In this document: positions 25,801-37,900 of the stretch, in pieces
Numbering within the stretch: position 1 is the first letter of the stretch
How the letters are laid out: every line of letters begins with the position of its first letter
DNA from: Phallusia mammillata
Taxonomy: Eukaryota
DNA length: 64,000 bases
Assembly (NCBI GenBank): GCA_965637545.1
Contig: OZ281498.1
Coordinates: forward strand, 21,762,001-21,826,000
Direction of reading: 5' to 3'
The notes under the pieces: generated by a model
What the model was told of the DNA's origin: nothing
Database searches by the model: none
Seen by the model: the letters and a program-made list of their open reading frames with translations, nothing else
Translations under genes and position numbers: made by a program

Positions 25801-28800
25801 AAAATTGCCGGGCTTGCTGTTTGATCCTAATGTTAAAAAAGTGTCCCAAAACACAAAGTATACAATAGTTTTGGCAAGTGTTCGGTTGGTATAACACTGG
25901 TTTTAAAACGTGTCAACTTAAGCCCTGGTATTATCCTGTACACAAACCTTCATTTTCTTTTTCTTTCCACTCGTCAAATCTTGGTCCTCGGCTCGACTCA
26001 ATAATCTCTCGGCCAACTGCTTGTTGACTTTCGGCAATTTCTACAAAAATCAAACGTTGGTAACTATGACGTCACAAACAAGAAATTCATTCGTCACAAC
26101 AACATCGCAAAAACTGTTAAGATTGCGTCAAACTGGACATGGGCTGACTTGTTACCTTGATTTGAACTCGCTTCATTCGACCCTCCTCAATTTTCTCAGC
26201 AATCTTTTGGTTGCGATATTCTCTGTGTAATATTAGAAGCATTGAAACATACTGATATTGTGGATGGTAGATTAAAAAAATGTCCGAAAATTCGGTTTTA
26301 AGACGGGTTGGTTGAAACTTTTGTAAAAATACTTCATACATTTATTTGTTGATTAATGTACAGTGCAATCTGGGCAAGTCGGAAATGTAGAAAATTATCA
26401 GTTTTTTTCCATGTAAGTAAGCATAAGACAGTGCACACTGTTTCGAACTATAAGTTCTTATCAGTGCAGCTGATGATGAGAGATAGGCTGTATTGGCTTG
26501 TGTAGCCATCTTACTATAAATCAAAACAAGTGTTCACTGTCTGCAGCTTACTTATCATCTATTGATGCTTGGTTCAATTAACTTACATAAAAAGCAGTTT
26601 TTGCTCACCTAAATTTGGAAGTTTAATTTCGAGAACTATTGGTTCCTAGGACTCTTCAGCAAAAGATATGTTATGTAATTATTTTTATTTAACTAACTTG
26701 AATGCAAACGGATTTGCAATCATGGCTGCCTTGTGGTAGAGTCTCATATCAACGAAGTAACCATGCATGTAGGCACGTAGCAACGAGGTACCAATCAAAT
26801 TCGACAAACCTGTTGACAACAAATCAATATTTTGTTGAAAAAATACATATACAGGAGCATATGCTTTGAATACTCAAATACATAAAAATGTTTAAAATCG
26901 GCTGGATTATGCATTATGCCTGGTGTACTACGATTTGATTCCTATCAATTCCTTGTACAGTGTGTGCGAGTGTATGAAGATGAAAAAAAATACTGTAGTA
27001 GGAAACTTACCAAGTGACTCCACGTCCTTCTGGGTGAGAAACTTGTAATCATCATATATTTCATGCACTGGATTTTCTTCCATTTCTTCCGTCAAACTGT
27101 CAAGGAAGGAACACCATCTGGGGGCTGGACCCAGCATCTATAAAAGATATTTATGATGACTTATAACAGTGGTTTCTATTATACAATGTTGGTTGGTTCG
27201 GAAGTTTAACAAAAGTGCTTCAAATCATAAAAGTTGAATGTGAAGTCAAGAGGAGTGGCAAAAGCTATAACAGAAAACAGCTGCTGTATTTTTTATAATT
27301 GTTTTATCCCTTTTATTATTATTTTAGCTTATTTACAACACCTGCTAGGCCAGAAGTGCCAGAGTTTTTTTTAATGGGGGCCAATTTTTATCAAGTAAAG
27401 CCCGTAGGCCAACGTTTTTTTGTGATGTTTTTAACTGTAGAATTAGAACACAAATATATGGCATTGATGGAATCTGTGGAATTTTGTTGCAGCACCATGT
27501 ATACTTCCTTTTTACCAATAAATAAAGTTACATTGAAAGTTTTTTTATCAAGTCACAAGTCGCCACGCGAACCAGTACAATTTGAAACAACAGTTGAGGA
27601 CCATGTGAAATCTCGCTGAGGTTCCCATTTAGCCAATGGGCCGCACTTTGGACACCCCTGTGCTAGGTTCTCCCAGCTGTGTTCTGAATTTTACAGCCAC
27701 ATAAGCAGACTGTTTTACTAACTTGCATGTAAAGAAAACAGAAACACAACACAATTTCGGTTAATTCCTGATGACCTGAATTTTACATCAAAACATTTGC
27801 AGTATTTGTGTTAATGAAGTGCTAAATTTATGTTGATACATACTGGTATAAAATAAGTGTGAAGCTTGGGGCTTTCATTTGCGAGAAAGAAGAGTCCAGA
27901 ATTGTCAATCAGACACATTTCATTGATGTCTTTTTCCATTTCAACAGCAGTTACAGCTTCACCCTGTGATAATTACACACATTTAATAGTGGAACAAAAG
28001 GTAAAAACAACAGAATTTTAACAGAAAACTCACAGTTCTTTCCTGCCACAACTTAACACAGCGAGCATCTGATGAAATTACGAAGTTGTTTTCATTGTTA
28101 AATGCTATCGAGTGAATCGGTAAGTCATAGCGATGGTCCTTGATTACAAATGGTCGATTGTTTCTCATATCATATAGCAGCACCTAAATTGAAATAAAAA
28201 TCAATTTGTTACAGGCAGTTCTTCAAGGCATTTGATTGGAAACCCTTGAGTTTGTTATCTTTGCCTTTATCATCTGGTTTTTGTCGTTTCTTGTCCCTTT
28301 TTTGTTTTGTTTATTCCAGTTTTAAATTTTGGAGTTTTATTACCCTGATGAAGGCGACTTGAATAGGACATTGAAACATCAATTAAAACAATACATTTTA
28401 CTAAAGACCACTGGGTTTTAAGCAATATTAGATGTGCACGCTGTGGTCACACACTACTTAATAGACAGAAAAACCATGTTTCTGAACATACACACAAGCT
28501 GTCTGATGACACTGAGGACCACTAAGTGCAACATTAAATGTGCATGTTTGGGTGAAACATAAATGTGAAACATTGATTTCTTTGTCAGTATGGAATTAGG
28601 TAAGCAGTTGGAAAAGAAAACTGTATAGAAACATTAGTGATAATGTACAACAAATTTAGCAAAGTTTTTAACTCGGGATCTAGCATACACATTTGGGCAC
28701 TTTGCAAACTTGCTGGCCAACACATACTTTCGTCACTTCTGTTCTAATTATTTTTGTGGCCAAAACGCATTTTTTGCAAACAAATAATGACATACTGGAG

Positions 28801-31800
28801 AGTGAAGTAAAAGAAGGCCTTAGTTGAATTATTTACTTACTTGTCCAGAACTAGTGCCCACAGCCAAATTTAAAGCTCCATTGAATTTTAAAGCAGTTAC
28901 CATTGCAGAAGAATTGTCACTACAAAAAAAAACAATAAGTTTTGATGACACCTAAGCAGTGTTTCATACCGGAACGGAACGTTATACCAGAACGAAATAA
29001 ATAATTTTTGGCTCAAATACCGGAACGAAATACCGAAATAAAAAATATTCAAGATACCGGAACGGAACGAAATACCGTTATTTATTATTCCGGTATTTCG
29101 TTCTGGACATTTGACATGAAACAATTGCTGAAAATTTCGCGCCGTTAAGCTAAAATAAAAATTGAAGCTCCTAAAATTTACATCCGTTTGACCATCATTG
29201 TCAAAAGTTATGTGACGTAACAATTCTACCGACAATAATTCTTGTGTGTTGCAACTTTCTTTCTTTTTTCGCTTATTAGTTGCAAAGACCACAAAGAAAT
29301 GTTAGTTTGTTAAGACCGAAATACCGAAAAATACCGTTATAAATTTATTTCGGTCGGACCGGAACGAAATGAAAACATCGGTCCAGAACGAAATAACGAA
29401 ATAAAAAAATTGCTCAGAACGAATAACGTTATTTGGTTTCGTTCCGTTCCGGTATGAAACACTGCACCTAAGGAGTCATTACACAGTATCTGTTTAACAA
29501 ATATGTACATAAGACTTACTCTACAAAATCTTGAACATGCGCAGCAGTTTGCATTATACCAGCTCTGCATCGCGACCGAGGATCCCAACACTCAACATGG
29601 CCGTCGCTGCCCCCAACCACCACTAGATGGTGATCAGGGTTAATAACGCAACAGTGCAGCTCACTGGAATCAAATGTTTTTTTAAGAAACACTTTTTTAC
29701 ACACAGGAAATTAATTGAAAGCCATACTTACGGTGACTGTGTTTCATAGGACTTCAAAAATCGACCTTGATCAAGATTCAAACGATATATTTCTGACCTT
29801 AACAAATTGTAACAAAACCATTTTTAAGAACTAAATCCAAAACTAAAATCTAAATTGATTTGTACCAAGGTTAGAGTAAAGCAATTCTCAGTGTTTACCA
29901 AAAGGATTTTATGTACCTTTTCAAATTGAAACAAAACAATGTGGGAATAATCATGAAACTAATGGAAAATAAGTTTATTCATATCAGCAACCAATGAATT
30001 ACCTTCACCGTCTTAATTCAATAATCAAAAACTGATGTGTGTGTTTGCAACCAAAATAATTTGCTAAGCAAATGGTTCTCAAACTTTTTGTATTGCGACG
30101 CCTCTGGAAAAGTTTTCTGGACTTGCGGCGGACCAGCTAATAAAAGTTAATGAGGAAACTTATTATTAAAGTTGTGTTTATTGATACAACAACAAAAATC
30201 CACGAAACGGAATTATTCTGTGACAGTGACACCCTTGGAAAATTGAAACGACGCACCAGGGCGTCACGACGCACAGTTTGAGAACTACTGTGCTAAGCAA
30301 TACAGTCAAATCTGGGCATGACCTTAGTAAACCTTGGTGATAGTAGTAAGTATGACCTTAGAACAATACCAAAGGGCAAGCAGTTTTATTATTCTACCAC
30401 TGACACAGGTTAACAAAGCTATAGCAGATTAAATTTTACTTACCCAGAGCCAACAAGCATTAGGTCGCAGTTCGATGGGTGATACGCCATTGCTCGGCCG
30501 AATTTGGGAATACGGACATTGTAATGTTTTCCTTGCTGAGTGTGAAACTCAACTGTTCGATCATTTAACAGAAAGACAAGCTAAAATAATAAAATAAATG
30601 CTTTAGCTAAAATTGCAAATCCTACTTAAATTTTAAAAACAGATTCATGTAAGCTGCAGACAGTGCACACTGTTTCGACCTATAAGGTCTCATCAGTGCA
30701 GCTGGTGATGGGAGATCGGTCTGCAGCCTATCATTATTATCATTTACGAACACAAACAAATAGTTGTTTTACCTTTGAATAATCTTGGGACAGCACATCC
30801 AATGCAACCACTACAAAAATCAATAAATATTGAATTAGCCAAGTTAGACAATGGACATAGCATACAATTAAAAGCAGAATGTTTTTGTGTAAGACTTTTG
30901 AACAATTGTATGTTACCTTCGGCATCAAAGCATCTTTCAAATTTCATTGATAAATGATTGACATCGTAACACTTCACCCTGGGTTTATATGTACCTGAAA
31001 AACAGTAGTGTTTGACAATGATTTACAACTTAACTTGTACTAAAGTTTTCTAAAACGAACTATCAATCAGGAACCACCAGAATAACACCTACAACATGTA
31101 GTTTATGAAACTTACATAATTTTGTTTTAATATGGAATCTCACAGCAAGCAAAGACAAGCTAATTGATTTCGTTGTATATTTTCACTTACAATTTACTTT
31201 AACCTTACCTGCTGTAAAAATATATTGTCCATCTGGAGACATTTTCACATTAGAGCTGACAGTTGGCATGTCAAAATCTTGAATAAGTTCAATTCTTCGT
31301 CTAAGTCCCTCATCCTTTTTCAGCAGTGCTCGTCTTTTCTGGTCACTTATGAACTAAGAAACGATCAACAAATAAAAAATGCTATTATTAAGGAATACTA
31401 AATAGAGTGCAAAATTTTACTTCGAAAATGAGTTATGAGCAGTGGTGGGATTCAGCTGGTTCGCACCAGTTCTTTTGAAACGTCTCACGAAATTTTATGA
31501 GATCAACATATCGGTTAGCATTACTGGTTACTTTCAATGGACTTTTTGTAACAGAACTTGCTGAAAAATATGACTTTTGTGATAGAACTAGCTGAAAAAT
31601 ATGACGTTTGTGATAGAACTGGCTGAAATATATACTTTTGTGATAGAACTGGCTGAAGAATATGCCTTTGGGATATAACCAGCTGACAAAAAAATTGAAT
31701 CAAATAGGCAGCAAATTCATACGTTATTTTTAAATATCTGTTGCACCAAAAACTATCTTAATGATCATGTTGGTTAGTATGTGCGTATGCCATTTACAAA

Positions 31801-31918
31801 GACAATCTACCGTACTATTCAGTACATAAAAACAGATAGTTAATAAACTTACCTCGGGTAGCGATTTTCCGCAACTGAGATTGTAAATTTTAATGTTGTT
31901 CGCGTTGGATACTTGCAT
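22821..31918 (-). CDS. NOL10: Nucleolar protein 10 (WD40/NUC153 ribosome biogenesis factor); 19 exons, ~706 aa
   Basis: Exons 31853-31918, 31209-31353, 30917-30994, 30773-30810, 30444-30580, 29732-29797, 29520-29663, 28841-28919, 28034-28183, 27844-27963, 27011-27137, 26698-26809, 26156-26222, 25948-26040, 25137-25304, 24973-25065, 24529-24725, 23608-23719, 22821-22949. All GT-AG and in phase (2121 nt). Motifs MQVS...[52 protein letters not shown] and DDPRFK.MFE match NOL10. Confidence 0.95.
25380..25570 (-). mobile_element. tRNA-derived SINE in a NOL10 intron
   Basis: Minus-strand head GAGCCTGTGTAGCTCAGTTGGTAAAGCG...GTGAGTTCGAATCCCAGCA has Pol III A and B boxes. The acceptor stem does not pair, and a non-tRNA body follows. 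The 3' boundary is approximate. Confidence 0.7.
26411..26556 (-). mobile_element. Family-2 hammerhead element, copy B (core mutated), with inverted partial copy, in a NOL10 intron
   Basis: Minus strand reads AGCTGCA-CTGATAA-GAACTTATAGTTC-GAAA-CAGTGTGCACTG-TC. The inverted 3' half (aaaacaagtgttcactgtctgcagctta) lies at ~26523-26550. Confidence 0.7.
27351..27660. mobile_element. Degenerate hAT-type MITE
   Basis: Right end TTTGGACACCCCTG, degenerate left end CAGAAGTGCCAGA, flanks TGCTAGGC / TGCTAGGT (7 of 8 match, TSD-like). Confidence 0.6.
28335..28390 (+). mobile_element. Degenerate PLE pLTR remnant with family-1 hammerhead motif
   Basis: TACC-CTGATGA-AGGCGACTTGAATAGGACATT-GAAA-CATC, homologous to the copies at 52043 and 60238. 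Stems II and III are decayed. Confidence 0.55.
28957..29464. mobile_element. hAT-type non-autonomous DNA transposon, 508 bp
   Basis: Perfect 24-bp TIR CAGTGTTTCATACCGGAACGGAAC and perfect 8-bp TSD CACCTAAG (28949-28956 and 29465-29472). Many subterminal CCGGAACGAAA / GAAATACCG repeats. Confidence 0.9.
30070..30290. mobile_element. hAT-type MITE
   Basis: Ends AAATGGTTCTCAAAC / GTTTGAGAACTACTG with 8-bp TSD TGCTAAGC (30062-30069 and 30291-30298). Confidence 0.75.
30652..30703 (-). ncRNA. Intact type I hammerhead ribozyme (family 2, copy C) in NOL10 intron 4
   Basis: Stem I AGCTGCA/TGCAGCT (7 bp), core CTGATGA, stem II GACC-TTATA-GGTC, GAAA, stem III CAGT-GTGC-ACTG, and a GUC triplet. Predicted cut is between 30659 and 30658. 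Confidence 0.85.
31543..31695. repeat. Minisatellite, ~31-bp unit x ~5, next to a hAT-like end at ~31440
   Basis: Repeated TTTTGTGATAGAACTRGCTGAAAAATATGAC-like units. The sequence CAGTGGTGGGATTCAGCTGGTTCGCACCAGTTC lies just before the array. Confidence 0.7.
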
Positions 31919-32260
31919 TGTACTTCGACCAGTTCACTGTTACAAGAATAAGCAAAATATACATACAAAAGCACAAGTAAACAACAATTATTCACTATTT
32001 GATTTTATTTGCAAACTCTCCAAAGACAGTGACACACATGTTCAAAACTTACTTTTACCAATCCTTTTTGCGTACAAACGTATTGTCAGCACATTGACGG
32101 TGCCCAAAATACCGACTAAACTTATGAGACCCCTATATTAAATAAGTAGCAAAACTGCAAGAAACCCATTTATTAAGCTTAAATTTTAGTTTTGTTTTTC
32201 AGAAGAAGTGACAATATTATGGGTACGGTGAAGGGTTGACATAAAATAAAGTTTCGCCTA

Positions 32261-32592
32261 CCGTATTTACTCGATTGTAAGCCGCGGCTTATATTGTTTT
32301 TTTAGCTGCCGTTTGTGCGACTTATATTTTGATTTTACACCGAAATTATTTCTACACTCTAACATTTTAAATTATTTGGGGTTCAAAACATGTATGCGTG
32401 TACAGATTATACGTCGATACGTTCTGTTGGGTACAGTTACTGTAACTAAAAAAATAGTCATACCATATAACAACAGAAAGATGCATTAAGAAACAATCGT
32501 ATCTAAAATTCCAGCGTGCGGCTTACAATCGAGGGCCACTTACATTATTTTTTTAACACCTCAACATGCGGCTTACAATCGAGTAAATACGG
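32261..32592. mobile_element. Tc1/mariner-type MITE
   Basis: Perfect 25-bp TIR CCGTATTTACTCGATTGTAAGCCGC with TA on both flanks. Confidence 0.85.
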
Positions 32593-34083
32593 TATATGTC
32601 AGAAATGTATCTTGTATTGTCCTGCGAATCTGAACATGAGAATCAAATATTTATTACACTGGTATTGTTATCGCGATCTGCCATACGTCCTGCATTGGAT
32701 AAACCTTCTCTTTGCAAAAATTACTGGTACCAAGCCTCTTCACAAACGCCAAAACGTATCACCATTTTCACATTGTAGCTTTATTCGCCCGATTACAAAA
32801 CAACATTTTAAGTTAAAATCAACTGAAAATATATACGTCGGTTTTACTTTTGGGTCAAATGAATGTAGGTTAATACCATCACCTGATTCTCGTAACCATT
32901 ATTTTTTGCTAAAAAACAAACATGGTTCTGGTAACATGTGTTGTTACAATAGATTATAATTGTTTACGCTGCAGCTAGAGATATGCATTATTGGTACTTA
33001 ATCTTAAAACTTAATAATGGCGCGACGTCGGACTTATTGTGAGCATAAGGGATTATGGCCTGCTGTTCAAGGACAAAAAATGAAAGAAACAAAATGCCCG
33101 TTTTAAGCTTGCGTAAAACTTACGCCGCTAGACAGCGCATGTGCTACACGGTTCCGTTTCAGAATTTGCTGTTGATGTCGCCACTGAGCCAAAAAGCATT
33201 GTTTTTTGTTGTAAAGACATGCACCCGATCCAGAAAACTTTAGTAGGGGTGCTTTTTGCAATAAAGCCACATAACACAATCAATATGAAAAACTGTACAA
33301 CAAAATTGTCCGCGCCTTTCATACGAAGCAAAAATTATTGTTGAAATTATTAAAAACATCGATGCGTGATGGTTTGCGTTTTGGAAGTTGCTCCTGAAAG
33401 TCAGGGTTTGATTGGTGGCAAAATACTTATTTAAATCGGGGTTTACTTTTCGAAAGATGGCCCTATTGAATAAGGGATTACTGTTTGGCAAGGGCCCTTT
33501 AAAATAGTTTTTTTTTCTTTTTTATAAGGGGACACTTAAATAAAGAGATTACTTTTAGACAAGGCTCTCTTTTAAACAAGGTTTATCAAGTTTTTCGTAA
33601 CAACACAACAAAATATGCAGCTTGATGCGTTTGATTAATGTGGAAATTTCCACGACCCATTTGCAAGTCTGCTTCGAGTACATGGTGGTTTCCAACCTAA
33701 CCTTCATGCCATAAGACGAGCGGTTTCAGCAAGGCGTTGTGACCACATGCGTCACATCAACGCTGAATCCAGCAATTACAAACTGGCGTTCATAAGTGTC
33801 TTTGTCTTCGGCCAAGGGTCTCTGGGTTTTCCTGACAATCACAGGTGCAGGTTGTGGCTTAGCCGACGTACTATTATCTCAAGTGCGATATTGTGGTGTC
33901 AAAATTTTCCCAATCAACGCTAACAAACCGGTGGGGGCGGAAACACGACAACTGTGAAGGGCTGCAATTTGTGAAAGGGACTCGGACTGATTGGATTTTC
34001 ACGCTTTTTGACGTCCTCTTGATAGCAAGCAATTAGTCCCGCTGCACCAGCAATTTGCCAAACGAGAGTTTGAAAACCACACA

Positions 34084-34258
34084 GGCGACAGCCAGTCTAA
34101 CGCCGCGAAGGTTTCTCAAGGCTGTTATCAGCGACCCAGGTGTGGAGGCGCCTGGCAGTCTGGGCCGGCGAGCACCGCAAACCGCCTTTTTGTTTTCTTT
34201 CGCACCGCCAACTTTACTAGGAGTTTCAACCCAGGTGCGTGCTGGCGACAGTCAGTCT
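34084..34258 (+). promoter_or_regulatory. Three composite BMP-response (Smad1/5-Smad4) elements upstream of the plus-strand Id gene
   Basis: GGCGAC-AGCCA-GTCT (34084-34098), GGCGCC-TGGCA-GTCTG (34147-34162) and GGCGAC-AGTCA-GTCT (34244-34258), all with the 5-nt spacer. Function is inferred from motif match. Confidence 0.7.
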
Positions 34259-34350
34259 CCCAGTCTCGAGCAATTTACGACTACTCTTCTCCCACTCCTC
34301 TAGGCTCCTCTTACTCCTCCCAGCTTACACGTGCACTCGCCGCGAGAGCT

Positions 34351-34484
34351 CGTGGGAAAGGGAAGAGAAAAGAAAGGCGAGGACAAAAGCGCGAAATAGC
34401 GTAAACAACAAGACCGAAATAATAACAGACTAGAACGCGAGAAGAGAAAGAAAAAAGGTCAAACCAATCCTGTGGAGTATATAA
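34351..34484 (+). promoter_or_regulatory. Core promoter of the plus-strand Id gene
   Basis: Su(H) site CGTGGGAA at 34351-34358, CCAAT at 34464-34468 and TATATAA at 34478-34484, about 100 nt before the ATG. Confidence 0.65.
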
Positions 34485-34586
34485 GCGATTGCGTTGCTAC
34501 AAACCCTCATAACTTGCTACGAAATCGAAAAAACGTCAGATTTTACTTGTTGATGAACTGATACAGAATACGCAAAATCTATCAAA

Positions 34587-34967
34587 ATGGTGAAAAGCAT
34601 GAGCCAACGTCAGTCAAGCGATGCTCTCCGCAAGACTAGTCCTAAGTCAGCCACAATTAGCCGAAGCAGCTCAGAAGATAACAATGTCCATGAGCTTATG
34701 AGCCGCCTAAAGTCGATCCTTCCAGGCGTTGAGTCCAGTGGCAACGACTTGGACATCGTTCAGAACGCAATCTACTACATCCAAGACCTCAACGACATGT
34801 TGATGCAGTCTAGCAACGATGAACCGCGATCGCCTACACCAGAGGCTGAGCCTTCAAACCCAATCACAGCTACAATTTTATCAGTACCTGAAGTTTTGTC
34901 CAGCGGGAATTCGACACCCTTTACCCCGCCGTGCGCAGCTGCCCGTCTTCGTACTCCAGTCTTCTAA
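34587..34967 (+). CDS. Id: Id/extramacrochaetae-family HLH protein (copy 1), 126 aa; single coding exon plus a 3'UTR intron
   Basis: MVK start and an HLH with no basic region (HELMSRLKSILP...DLDIVQNAIYYIQDL). Putative intron 34979-35112 begins 11 nt after the stop. AATAAA at 35443-35448. Confidence 0.8.
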   Translation: MVKSMSQRQSSDALRKTSPKSATISRSSSEDNNVHELMSRLKSILPGVESSGNDLDIVQNAIYYIQDLNDMLMQSSNDEPRSPTPEAEPSNPITATILSVPEVLSSGNSTPFTPPCAAARLRTPVF

Positions 34968-37900
34968 GCGCTCAATCGGTAAGTTACAAGTTATCATGTA
35001 TATTAATGAGTTGTGCATAATTTAAGCATAGTAAAATGATTAAATGTAGGCCTTAGTGTGAGTAATTACTGTTTGTCAGTTACTAACCGTCTGTTTTCTC
35101 TTGTTACAACAGAAACTGGGCATATGGCCACTTGACGCTTACAAAGGACTCTTCAAAACAACGCGAACCTGTTACACTTGCGCCAGACAGATGCTCGGGG
35201 GGAACCGACAATATGCATACGCGAATGCATTGTTCCAATTCCTAGACGCGAAGTGTGGCAACCAGGGGTTGTCGATAGTTTGATGCCCTAGCGAATGGGC
35301 AAAGAAGAGGATTTCAACTACGGTGTTGTTTCCTATTACGATGGCTGTATTCGATTTTATCGTTTTACAAAGCGTGTATTTTTGTTATACTTGTTGTTGC
35401 GAACGTTTTGTGCCTTTATTTGCGATCAACATGATGTTATGCAATAAAACGTGAATCTGGAATGTTTTTTTCTCAGTTTTAGAGCTTTGTTCTATTCTAC
35501 AGAATTCAGGGTTATTGACATAGGACATAGGGGTTTCAAATTACAAACTTAGACACAATACCATGCTTGACCCACCAATTATCATTAATTAGTTTGCTTA
35601 GAAACGAAAATATAAAGAAATGAATCAAGTGTTTTAAAATCCCAAAGAAGTAACATAGCAAGGAAAAGATTTAGCTAATAAATAGGTGTTTTACCGTTTA
35701 TGCACAAAGTTCCTTAAGCAAATGTAGCCTGTGTAGCCTTCATACAACGTTAGTATCTAGAGCTTTCATATACATTGGTAAGTGGTAACTATGAGCCAAT
35801 CACATCACACTAAGAACTATTTAATATTCATGTCACGCTGTGTATAGAATGAAAATTTAAATATACTTTACATCACCATTTAATAAAGCCATAACGTGTT
35901 TGCTGCGAATGAAACAAAGTCTTTGCAATGACAGTTTCATTCATACAGGAGTGGAATTTTCCTATCAAAGTCCCGCATTTACAACGTGCCAAGTAGGTTG
36001 TAATTACCGTTGGCGATTTAAGAAGCTCGGCGCCAGCGTTCTGTGTCGCGGCAAAAACCGGCGGCCAGATACAATCGTTGCGTGAAAGTAAATCGGCGTC
36101 AGATTGCGAGGTTTTCTCTTTCGCAGACTGCTCGGCGCCCTGGCACCTGGAGAAACGTTGAGATTTTCTGCCACAAGAGAAGCGTGACGTCACTGCCACA
36201 CATGACGCGCTGCGCGGGAGGTGAATCCCGCTCACCTGTGCCCGTATAGGCGGCGTTGAAGTTGTCGAATTTTGATTGGATGTTGGTATATTTTGGAATG
36301 TGTAAAATAGTAAATAATATTTTTAAACAGATTGGGTGAACATTTCGAAAAAAAAACGTATTTTTGTTATTTTTTAATATGCACTAACAACTTGAAGACG
36401 AATCTGATTTTAAATCGTTTACCACCAGCTGCACAGATCAGATCTTCAAAGGTCGAAGCTGTGTGCATTGTTTGTAGTTAACGAAGTAATTAATCTGAGC
36501 CAAAAAAGTTTTAAAATTCAAATAAATTTTGAACTTTAGTTAGACATTCCATTCTCTTGCATAATTTTCCACATGATGAGCAAAGATGAACATCTACTAT
36601 TGGCATAATGAGTAAATAAAATGCGTGTATTTTTAAAGCATTTTAAAAAACATAATATATGTACACATATTACTTAATGGCGACTAAACTCCATTCAATC
36701 ACGAAATTTTACTACAAAATTCAGACAAAACCTACGCAAAAATTATACATCCAAAAAGCATAAAAAAATACCAAAAAAGGCCGCCCTTATTAACAATTAC
36801 GACTTTACAATTGGAAGCAGTTGAGCTATGTATTGCGCGGACTGGAGCCGGTGCGACTGAGAGAAGCTGACGTAAGAGTGTAAACAAGCTGCCAGACTTG
36901 GTGGCGTCGACTCACACCTGCGAGGGCCAGCGCTGCACGTGCGACATTTTATCTCCGATTTGCTGTAAATACGTACTTGACAAAGTTGCCCGGGTGCTCT
37001 TGTTCCTCGGTGAGGCTGCCCTGGACCCCAGGAATGGCTTTGTAGTCGATTGCGCAGTGCATATAGACTTGTGAGGGCACCTGTGGAATGCTCTTCATAT
37101 GCCAGTGGACTGTTAAAAGATGGCGGTTCAATGAGGCACAGGATCGCAGCTGAGCCTTGCACCGGTTTCATCAGGTTTGGAGTGTCTTCATCACACCGCC
37201 GTTCCTGTGTGATATATCCACTTCCCCCCTGACACTTGTTAATACGCACGGGGTCACTGATTTTGCCAGTTTGTCTTTTAAACAACGGTTTCCATCACAA
37301 CGTATAAAATTAAAACTAAATTCAAGTCATTTTGTTTGTTTCCCAAGCTTTTGGTATTGCCTAAAAATGCTTTACCTGAACTTAGCGTCTACCAAATTAC
37401 TGCGTTATGTACATAGAATTATTATTCAAATAGAAAAATATTATATTATTTAGCAAATCGGGTAAACGTATTGTAAAAAACGTCAACGCTAGTATGTTAT
37501 TCAAATAGACAATATATAAGTTATATTGTTTTAGAAACTAACCAATATTGCTGCAACCAAATTTGCAAAACACGTCAACGAATTTTAATGCAAATTGGAA
37601 AATAGGTCTAATAGGAAGCAATTATTTTGAACCCATCAGGAGCTTCTTGGTAATAAATCGACTCAATAGCTTCAAGATACACAGAGCCGGACATTCCAAA
37701 GATAATTGACCAATTGCCATTGACAAACGCGTGCACAGGAGGACATAGCAATCATCCATGTACACAGAAGCGGCCTAATTTGTCTCGAAAATCATGTCAG
37801 ACCCCTATTGCCGCATCGCAAAGTGCATGAGACGAACGTTAATTGTCCGGTAATTGGCAAGCGGTTTGGACTCGTTAAATATACGACGGTCCACCTGCCA

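Noticed and set aside
26420-26430. Idea that hammerhead copy B ends exactly at the cleavage site
   Set aside because: Homology with copy C resumes after four substituted bases (GCTTAC), so it is not a cleavage-defined end.
31543-31695. CRISPR-like array
   Set aside because: Eukaryotic context and contiguous degenerate units without unique spacers. It is a minisatellite.
36797-37285. 162-aa minus-strand ORF between the Id genes
   Set aside because: No domain similarity. The open frame is explained by a GC-rich enhancer-like island that contains a BMP element.
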